In this document: positions 24,854-31,595 of the stretch, piece by piece | Layout: the number at the start of each line of letters is the position of its first letter | Numbering within the stretch: the first letter of the stretch is position 1 | NCBI GenBank assembly: GCA_964551375.1 | Contig: CAZKBG010000001.1 | Location: 1 to 32,000, forward strand | Source of the DNA: an uncultured archaeon | GTDB lineage: Archaea > Iainarchaeota > Iainarchaeia > Iainarchaeales > JAAZKV01 | Direction: 5' to 3' | DNA: 32,000 nt | The notes under the pieces: model-generated | The model's input: only the letters and a program-made list of their open reading frames with translations | Told to the model about the DNA's origin: nothing | The model's database searches: none | Position numbers and translations under genes: made by a program

Positions 24854-25090
24854 CTCTATGAGTTGTTCTTTTTTTGATTTTGAGAATTGTTTTATTTGGT
24901 ATTCTCTTTTCAAAGCATCAGAAAGCGTCAATTGCTCTTCAACATAACAAAGTTTTACTGGTCTTCTAATTCTTGTATATTTGCTCGCGCTTCCATCATT
25001 ATGCTTTGCAACCCTCTTTTCAACATCCTTTGTATATCCGCAATAAATTGAAGAATCACTGCATCTAAGCAAATAAACATAATATTTCAT
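24830..25090 (-). CDS. GIY-YIG nuclease family protein (UPF0213-like, stand-alone domain)
   Basis: YYVYLLRCSDSSIYCGYTKDVEKRVAKHNDGSASKYTRIRRPVKLCYVEE......A.KREYQIK matches the family pattern. Its 3' end overlaps the convergent CDGSH ORF by 24 nt. Confidence 0.88.
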   Translation of the reverse strand: MKYYVYLLRCSDSSIYCGYTKDVEKRVAKHNDGSASKYTRIRRPVKLCYVEEQLTLSDALKREYQIKQFSKSKKEQLIESFFPANA

Positions 25091-25157
25091 GCATTTTCTC
25101 TCCAGCTACAATTAAGGCGAGTAAAGTATTAAGTATTAGTGTTTGAGTAATTTTATT

Positions 25158-25949
25158 ATGCCAAGAAGAACTGTGAAAGTAATTTCCCACGGGGACGGAA
25201 TTCGGGTAAAAAAAGCTGTTGATTTGGCTCTAAGAAGCGGAAGGGCAAACAGAGCTCATTTGGAAATTACTGCGATTGAAAAAGTCGCAACAGAGCATGA
25301 AGCTTATCTTCGCTCAAAAGGCGCAACACACCCTCCTAATCTAAAAGTACTTTCAAGAACAAATTCAGTTGATCACTTGCGAACACTTGCTGATAATTCA
25401 ATTCACCACCAATGGGCTCACTTTATGCCCTCAGCGCTTGATTTTTACACAAGACGAGAATTCTTCAAACAAGTTCATAGAACACTTGCTCCAGGGAAAA
25501 GCTTTGTAGTAATAGAATCAGGGCTGGCGGGGCTTGAATTTGCAAGAGAACTCTCAAAAGCCGGATTCAAAGTTGATTTTAGAAGAATAACTGAGCATGA
25601 AGTAATGAAAATGAATTTAGAAGACTCTGCAAGATACGTTCATGATGTTCAAGAGCAAAGACAAGTGGTGTACCGTGTGCTCGCAGAACACTTAGTCAAG
25701 ACGATGGGTTATGAAAAAGGGATGGAAAGCTTTCGAAGAGAAATGCAAAACCCTGATAAGATAAAAGTTCCAAAACAAGCAATGAGCGAAATGAAAAAAG
25801 CATTTGTTTTAATGAGGCTAAGAAATGAAACAAAAGTGACTCCTGAAGTTAGAGCTTCAATAGAAAGAATGTCTGAAGACCTTTCAAAAGCAATGCTTGA
25901 TAGAAAACCTTACGCAAAACTAGTGGCGTATAAGATAGTTAAAAAATAA
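25158..25949 (+). CDS. Degenerate methyltransferase-fold-like protein, paralog of the 22059 gene
   Basis: The ATG at 25158 (MPRRTVKVISHGDGIR) is preferred over the track's TTG 25143. The central region aligns by eye with the 22059 product. The motif I equivalent (ISHGDG) is degenerate, and the C-terminal ~90 aa are helical and basic. Confidence 0.55.
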   Translation: MPRRTVKVISHGDGIRVKKAVDLALRSGRANRAHLEITAIEKVATEHEAYLRSKGATHPPNLKVLSRTNSVDHLRTLADNSIHHQWAHFMPSALDFYTRREFFKQVHRTLAPGKSFVVIESGLAGLEFARELSKAGFKVDFRRITEHEVMKMNLEDSARYVHDVQEQRQVVYRVLAEHLVKTMGYEKGMESFRREMQNPDKIKVPKQAMSEMKKAFVLMRLRNETKVTPEVRASIERMSEDLSKAMLDRKPYAKLVAYKIVKK

Positions 25950-26020
25950 ATTTAAAGATATTCAATTCTTGATTAGGAATTTTATTGAAAATTTGGACTT
26001 TTTTTAGAAAAAGAAATTCA

Positions 26021-26041
26021 TAAGCCCCTAAAAGGGGCTTA
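26021..26041. terminator. Perfect 9-bp hairpin TAAGCCCCT-AAA-AGGGGCTTA between convergent genes
   Basis: I read it directly from the sequence. It sits between the stop at 25949 (+) and the stop at 26069 (-), with T/A runs on both sides, so it is a candidate bidirectional terminator. Confidence 0.5.
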
Positions 26042-26068
26042 CTTAATATTGTTTAATCTTTCTTAGTT

Positions 26069-28801
26069 TTATTGGCTAAACCAGCCTTTGTTTTTTCTTC
26101 TAGATACTACAATGTATCCAAGAACTGCTGCTATTGCTAATAGAGCTATTAGGAAAGCAAGAAGGTTTCCATTCGCGCCAAGTCCGAATAAACCTGTTGG
26201 GGCTATTGGGGCATTTTCTCTAACTGGTGGCAGAGTGTTTACATTCATATCAGTTTCCTCTCCTTCTACTGGGGCTGGGATATTGTTTGAAGGAAGGTTA
26301 GTGTTTGGAACTCTTGGAGTAGTACTTACTACTGGCACTACTATGGGAATATTTCTATCAACTGGTCTTACTGGTGGAGTGTAAGAAGGTCCTCCTCCGC
26401 TACCCCCGCCACCTGTTGGTGGAGTAACTACTACGTTTACTGTTGCTAAAACATTTGAGTCAGTTGAAGTGTTTGATGCATTATCAACTGCTCTTGCGTA
26501 GAATGTGTAAGTTCCGTTTGCTAGTCCAGTGAACTCATAAGTTGAGCCAAGAACTGGGGTAATCCAATTATTATCACCCATTTTTACTTCGTAATAACTT
26601 ACTGAGTTATTCACATCAGATGCTGAGAATGAAAGCAGAACATTGCTTCCATTAACTGTTGCTGTGAATGAGTTCATTACTGGCGGGTTAGCCACAGTGA
26701 GATTAATATCTGCTGAAGCTGAGTTATTTGCATCATCAAATGCAACTGCTTTAACATTGTATAATCCGTCAGTTAAATTAGTTGTGTCCCAGTTAAACAA
26801 ACCTGGGGAACCAGTTACAATACCAGTTAAGATATTGTTTATGAAAAATTCTATTCTATCAATTCCTACTAAATCAAAAGCATTTGCGCTAATTTCAACT
26901 ATTCCTCTTACTATTGAATTGTTCAAAGGGCTAGTGATGCTAATGCTTGGCGCTGTGGTATCTACAACTGTTACTGTTTGAACCGTGCTGTTTGAGTTGT
27001 TGAAATCATCAGTTGCAACCCATGTAATTTCAGTCACTCCAATTTGGAATGATGTGGGTGCATTTTGAGTTACTAAAACATTACTGTCTGCAAAGTCAGA
27101 AACAATTGGTGCTCCAAAAGATATTGTTGTCAAAAACCCAGTCGCTTCAACTGTTATGTTTGCCGGAGCAGTGATGCTTGGTGCGGTAGTATCTGCTACT
27201 GTTACACTGAAGCTGCTGCTTTTTGATAATGAGTGAGAGCTTGTTGCTGAACAATTAACTACTGTTGCTCCAAGAATGAATGTGCTTCCTGAGCTTGGAG
27301 TGCATGATACTTCGATGCCTGTTAGATTTGTGTCGCTGTCAGTAGCGCTTGCAGTAAAGGTTACTACTGCTCCGCCTGTGGTATTTGCTTCAACATTAAA
27401 GTCGCTTGGCAAAGTCAAAACAGGGGGATCTGTTTCAATCACTGAAATTGTTACAACTACTTCTGTGCTTACTGCTCCAAGGCCATCCATTGCGCTGAAA
27501 TTAACATTGTACTCTAATCCGCCTTGAACACTGTTTGGGGTCCAGGAGAATGTTCCTGTTCCATTATTATTATCTGTGAAAGTTGCTCCAAGTGGTAGAG
27601 ATGATGCGGATATGCTTATTGAATCGTTTCCTGCATCAGTCGCTGTTATTGTAAAAGTTAATAATTGGTTTTCAGAAACTGATTTTGGAGTTACTGGCTC
27701 AATTATTGGGGCTGCGTTTTGGATTAAAACTACTGGCTGATCCAAATCACTGAACACAATTGTTCTTGGGGTTGAATTATAATCATCATAAGTTATGTTA
27801 GTGTCCTCATTAACATAAGTCAAGTTTGAGTCCCTTGGAATTATTTCAAAAGAAACCACTTGCTGGTTTCCAATGCTTATTGAAGGCACTGTGCAAGTAA
27901 CTGTAGTTTGAAGATTATCTGTGTTAGTTACTGCGCTGCATCCGCTTGGAAGAGAAGCTAAATTCAAATCCACTCCTCTTGGCAGAACATCAGTTATTAC
28001 AATATTTGAAGCTGCAAGAGTATTAATCTCATGTGCAATGCTTGTGAATATTGCATTCAAATCAGATGCTGTTGGAGAGAAATAATACTTGTTTGAATCG
28101 GAAGCGATTTGGGTTAATAGTTCTGGCCTTACGTCTGGGCCTAAACCAATTGTGTAAACTATTGCTCCATTATCTTTTGCAATCTGCGCCTGCTCAAGGG
28201 TATAATTGTTTGCCGCTGAGTGGGGCATTGGAACATTCGCAATCCCATCAGTAAGCAGGATTAGTATTTTCACATTTGAGCTTGAAGATATTGTGCTTGT
28301 TGCTTTATTGAGAGCGTCTCCAATAGCGGTGCTTCCATTAGCAGAAAAGCTGTCAATTTTTGTTTTAACTAGCATAAAATCATTTGTAAGGTTAGAGTCA
28401 ATCCTTGCTGAAGATGAGAAAGACACAAGAGCGACTTTATCGCGTTCAGAGTTTAGATTGTCAATGAACTCTGAGGCTGCTTGTTTTGAAATGGTTAGGT
28501 TTGTTGTTCCTGCAACGCAAGCGCCAAGTATAGTATTATAGTCAGTGCAAATTGCATAATCAGCCATGCTTATTGATCTGTCAAATGCAAGCACTGTGTC
28601 AATAGCGGCCCTAGTCACTAAAGGCGTTCCTGTGCCGTTAAGGTCAAATGTTATTGCTGCTAGCTGTCCCTGTTCAATAGTTGAGGGGCTAACAGTTTTT
28701 GAAATTGAAAGTTCAGGGGAAGCATATGCTCCTGCTGAAAAAAGAACTACAACTAAAACTACTGTGCTTAGAGCACCAAAAAACTTGCTTACTTGGCTCA
28801 T
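26069..28801 (-). CDS. Large secreted, membrane-anchored surface protein: signal peptide, vWA domain, HYR/Ig-like repeats, Pro-rich stalk and C-terminal TM anchor
   Basis: 910 aa. N-terminal signal (..VVVLFSAGAYA). MIDAS-type DRSISM plus LLTDG, indicating a vWA domain. Repeated ..P.ITAP.NITVEAT...V.F..P..SD-type segments are HYR-like. The stalk reads PTGGGGSGGGPSYTPPVRP.. and the C-terminus is PTGLFGLG...LLAFLIALLAIAAVLGYIVV-SRRKNK. There are more than 20 N-x-S/T sequons. GGAGGT lies 6 nt upstream of the ATG. Confidence 0.85.
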   Translation of the reverse strand: MSQVSKFFGALSTVVLVVVLFSAGAYASPELSISKTVSPSTIEQGQLAAITFDLNGTGTPLVTRAAIDTVLAFDRSISMADYAICTDYNTILGACVAGTTNLTISKQAASEFIDNLNSERDKVALVSFSSSARIDSNLTNDFMLVKTKIDSFSANGSTAIGDALNKATSTISSSSNVKILILLTDGIANVPMPHSAANNYTLEQAQIAKDNGAIVYTIGLGPDVRPELLTQIASDSNKYYFSPTASDLNAIFTSIAHEINTLAASNIVITDVLPRGVDLNLASLPSGCSAVTNTDNLQTTVTCTVPSISIGNQQVVSFEIIPRDSNLTYVNEDTNITYDDYNSTPRTIVFSDLDQPVVLIQNAAPIIEPVTPKSVSENQLLTFTITATDAGNDSISISASSLPLGATFTDNNNGTGTFSWTPNSVQGGLEYNVNFSAMDGLGAVSTEVVVTISVIETDPPVLTLPSDFNVEANTTGGAVVTFTASATDSDTNLTGIEVSCTPSSGSTFILGATVVNCSATSSHSLSKSSSFSVTVADTTAPSITAPANITVEATGFLTTISFGAPIVSDFADSNVLVTQNAPTSFQIGVTEITWVATDDFNNSNSTVQTVTVVDTTAPSISITSPLNNSIVRGIVEISANAFDLVGIDRIEFFINNILTGIVTGSPGLFNWDTTNLTDGLYNVKAVAFDDANNSASADINLTVANPPVMNSFTATVNGSNVLLSFSASDVNNSVSYYEVKMGDNNWITPVLGSTYEFTGLANGTYTFYARAVDNASNTSTDSNVLATVNVVVTPPTGGGGSGGGPSYTPPVRPVDRNIPIVVPVVSTTPRVPNTNLPSNNIPAPVEGEETDMNVNTLPPVRENAPIAPTGLFGLGANGNLLAFLIALLAIAAVLGYIVVSRRKNKGWFSQ

Positions 28802-29277
28802 TAGAAAACCTCCAAACTAATGCTTCTGGCACATGCCAGCTCTATATATTCCAGCAAAAGGGATATATATACTTAACTAATAACGTTAATCAGTTAACAA
28901 TTGCTTTTTACGGGCCATTTTCTTTATCTTTAATATCTAAAACTTAATTTAAACCCCTCTAATTTCTTTGTTTTGGCTAAAAATGGCTTTTTATTAAAAA
29001 TCAAGGTTATTAGCGCCTCAGGCCAGCAAGTATTAAGTAATAGTTTTGCCATTAAACTAACTTGTGGGAGAAAATGTCAAAATTTACTTTTGGATAATTA
29101 AAGGGCTTAGGGGGAAAGGGACTTGTGAAAATAGTAAAAGCCAGGGTTAATGGGGTTAATGTTGGTTATTGGGAGAGTTTAGTGGTCTTGCATTGGCTGT
29201 GGAGTTTCGCGAATTTATGTTAAGCGGGCGAAGTATGGATATTTTTATTAGGTTTAAAGGAAGTATTGCAACTACTA

Positions 29278-29299
29278 CTTCCACTAATAATAGTGGAAG
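29278..29299. repeat. Perfect palindrome CTTCCACTA-ATAA-TAGTGGAAG
   Basis: 9-bp arms with a 4-nt spacer, about 100 nt upstream of the ATG at 29401. The same half-sites recur at 29782-29789 and 29806-29813. Confidence 0.85.
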
Positions 29300-29349
29300 C
29301 CTAAGTAATTGTAGTTCCGGTAATGGTTTTTGAATTTATTAGTGGTTGG
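29285..29349 (+). repeat. Upstream copy of a ~60-nt imperfect direct repeat flanking the 29401 gene
   Basis: It shares a 15-nt perfect core TAATAATAGTGGAAG with 29776-29790. It then has AGTTCCnnTAAT and ends with TTTATTnGTGGTTGG, in the same order and similar spacing as the downstream copy. Confidence 0.75.
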
Positions 29350-29400
29350 TGGTTTTGGGGTTGCTTTTAGTAAATTTTAGTGATTTTTGGGTGATTTGTT

Positions 29401-29778
29401 ATGAATATTTTGATTTTGGGGGCTTCGATTCAAACTCATGGGGATAGGGAGATGTATTCGGATTTAGTAAATATTTGTCTTCCTTTGGGCAAAGTAGTAT
29501 CTCCGCTTGATACTGAAAAATTTAAAGGCACAAACCAAGAACGTTATGTTAAGGCTTTAAATGACTTAAAATGGGCTGATTTCGTGATTGCTGAAGTATC
29601 TCGTCCTTCAACTGGTGTGGGTATAGAACTAGCAAATGCTGTTCTACATAAAAAGTTCATTATTTTCGTCGCAAAAAAGGGTTCAAAAGTGTCTGGGCTT
29701 GTTTTGGGACTCAAAAGTGAGCGCGAGCTCTATTTTTACGAAAATGTCTCGGATCTTGTGCTACCAATACATAAGTAA
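29401..29778 (+). CDS. Nucleoside 2-deoxyribosyltransferase-fold protein, DNPH1/Rcl-like (2'-deoxynucleoside 5'-phosphate N-hydrolase-like)
   Basis: 125 aa. MNILILGASI..., ...ADFVIAEVSRPSTGVGIELANAV is the family's core motif with the catalytic Glu, close to the DNPH1-type PSLGVGYELG as I remember it. Confidence 0.65.
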   Translation: MNILILGASIQTHGDREMYSDLVNICLPLGKVVSPLDTEKFKGTNQERYVKALNDLKWADFVIAEVSRPSTGVGIELANAVLHKKFIIFVAKKGSKVSGLVLGLKSERELYFYENVSDLVLPIHK

Positions 29779-29837
29779 TAATAGTGGAAGAAATGCTATT
29801 AGGAGTTCCACTAATATTGGGTTTTATTTGTGGTTGG
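29776..29837 (+). repeat. Downstream copy of the ~60-nt imperfect direct repeat; starts at the stop codon of the 29401 gene
   Basis: It begins with TAATAATAGTGGAAG at 29776-29790 and ends with TTTATTTGTGGTTGG at 29823-29837. It contains a TAGTGGAA (29782-29789) / TTCCACTA (29806-29813) inverted repeat with a 16-nt spacer. Confidence 0.75.
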
Positions 29838-30070
29838 AAGGTTATTGCTGGCGCTGATTTAATTTTTGAAGTGTCCCAAAGATTGCGGTTTTGAAGTTTG
29901 AAACATTGTGTGGATATTGTTCTAAATCACATTTTATTGGACACTAATTTCTCAATGATCTCATACATTTAGGGTGTGAATTTTTAGACTAAATTTGCTT
30001 ATTTTCGCTTTCTTCTTAAGTATTTTGCATCCTTTTGACTTATTGTCTGTTTTTACGGGGGTGGCATAGA

Positions 30071-30080
30071 TTTATATATA
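30071..30080 (+). promoter_or_regulatory. TATA-box-like element TTTATATATA upstream of the glycosyltransferase gene
   Basis: It lies about 52-61 nt upstream of the ATG at 30132, which itself has GGTGA 5 nt upstream. Confidence 0.35.
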
Positions 30081-30131
30081 ACCTCTGTAGGAATTACTTA
30101 AATAACGAATTAACGTTATGTGGTGAATTAT

Positions 30132-31589
30132 ATGTTGTTACCGTGGTTAACATTGTTTGACTTTAGAAGTGCTCTAACAAACTTCATAAAGCCAAATAAA
30201 ATCAACTATTCTGAAAAGAGCGATGACTTCGCAATACTTGTGCCTATTTTCAATGACACTAAGTACCTTACAAATATTGATTTCTTAAAGCGCTATCCTG
30301 GGAAAGTAGTAATTTGCACTACTGATGTTGAAACTGACAAGTTTTACGCTGATTTGGATAAAATTGTTAAAAAGTATAATTTTAGTGTAATGAAATGTCC
30401 TTTTTCTAAGGAAACTGTGAAAAATCCTTGGAAAATCTATCAAAAGACGCTTTTGGCCCATGATTATGTTCTTGGGGAGGCACTTGAGACGCTTAAAGCA
30501 AAATATGTTATATTTGTTGATGCGGACACAACTTGCAAAACTGATTTAGCTTGTCTTGCGGGCTTAATGGAGAATAAAGATCTTGATTTAGCGTCATTAA
30601 AAGTTATTCCGTCAAAAAAGAAGACAATAATGGAAAATTTGCAGTTTATCGAATATAATATTGCAATGAAGTCAAGGAAAATCTACCCTTGGTTAACAAG
30701 CGGGGCTGCAATGATTGCAAAGAGAAAAATGATACAGGGCATAATGAAAAAGCACTCTTTATTCTTTAATGGGGGCGACATTGAAATAGGGAAACTTGCG
30801 CACATGCATAATTACAAAATAGATTATATCCCTGTGACTTTTTACACTGATGTTCCGGATACACTTCCAAAACTTGTTAAACAGAGATATTCGTGGTTTT
30901 GTGGTGCGTTTAGGCATTGTATCATAAATGCTCACACAAATTTGTTTAACCCAATATATTCGTTGTATTTCACAGTGATTATATTTATCATGCTTCCGTT
31001 GAAAGTGCACGAGCTTATATTTAATTGGTATCTTTTGCCGCCGCTTGTGATATTTTATCTTGTTATGACAGTGGTTACAAATTGGGAGCTTAGAAGTAAA
31101 TATATGCTTTTGTTCCCATTTTATTCCCTGTTCCAGGTAATTGTATTTCCGTTCCTTGGGGTTTACAGGTATGTGAAGACAGTCATTAAGACAAAGAATG
31201 TTGGGTTCATTAGAAAGAAATACAAAGACGGGTATCACCCATTGAGGTATGCTTTCAACATATTTGCAATACTTGTAATAGGCTTTACAATATTCAATAT
31301 TCATTTTGTTGAAAGAAGTTTATATCTTGTAAACATTGATCTTTTGGCTCTTATTGGGGTAAGCTTTAAGGATCCTTCGGCAATATCGATGTTTTTTAAC
31401 TCTTCAAAAATGTTTGTGGTAGTTACAATAGCATTTTTGGGGGTGTGGGGATTCTTGAAGACATTCTTCCATATAAAGGAATTTCATTTGCCAAAAATCA
31501 AAATACATTATTCAAAGTTTTCAAATGAAGTGAATAAGTTCTCAAATGAGGTATCAAAATCAGTATCTTATTTGTTTAGTGTGAGGTGA
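30132..31589 (+). CDS. Membrane-embedded processive family-2 glycosyltransferase (cellulose/chitin/hyaluronan-synthase-like)
   Basis: An N-terminal GT-A domain (ILVPIFND, FVDADT, GGDIEIG) is followed by KQRYSW, a variant of Q-x-x-R-W, and about 6 C-terminal TM helices. The ATG at 30132 is preferred over the track's GTG 30120. The C-terminus carries the tandem duplication KFSNEVNKFSNEVSK. Confidence 0.8.
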   Translation: MLLPWLTLFDFRSALTNFIKPNKINYSEKSDDFAILVPIFNDTKYLTNIDFLKRYPGKVVICTTDVETDKFYADLDKIVKKYNFSVMKCPFSKETVKNPWKIYQKTLLAHDYVLGEALETLKAKYVIFVDADTTCKTDLACLAGLMENKDLDLASLKVIPSKKKTIMENLQFIEYNIAMKSRKIYPWLTSGAAMIAKRKMIQGIMKKHSLFFNGGDIEIGKLAHMHNYKIDYIPVTFYTDVPDTLPKLVKQRYSWFCGAFRHCIINAHTNLFNPIYSLYFTVIIFIMLPLKVHELIFNWYLLPPLVIFYLVMTVVTNWELRSKYMLLFPFYSLFQVIVFPFLGVYRYVKTVIKTKNVGFIRKKYKDGYHPLRYAFNIFAILVIGFTIFNIHFVERSLYLVNIDLLALIGVSFKDPSAISMFFNSSKMFVVVTIAFLGVWGFLKTFFHIKEFHLPKIKIHYSKFSNEVNKFSNEVSKSVSYLFSVR

Positions 31590-31595
31590 AAGAGT

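Noticed and set aside
29235-29333. 32-aa ORF (MDIFIRFKGSIATTTSTNNSGSLSNCSSGNGF) running through the upstream repeat. The downstream repeat translates to a similar ..SNNSGRNAIRSSTNIGF string, which suggested a duplicated S/T/N-rich peptide gene such as a RiPP precursor.
   Set aside because: The peptide similarity follows simply from the nucleotide repeat having no indel in that part. The downstream copy has no start codon of its own, and the upstream ORF has no convincing ribosome-binding motif.
29636-29857. 73-aa plus-strand ORF overlapping the 3' half of the DNPH1-like gene in another frame.
   Set aside because: It is out of frame with a gene that has a clear family motif. It extends into the downstream repeat only because that repeat lacks stops in this frame.
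31520-31565. Tandem KFSNEVNKFSNEVSK duplication at the C-terminus of the GT2 synthase, considered as a possible slippage or phase-variation site.
   Set aside because: There are only two imperfect 18-nt copies in frame, which is too short and too diverged to count as a contingency locus without population data.
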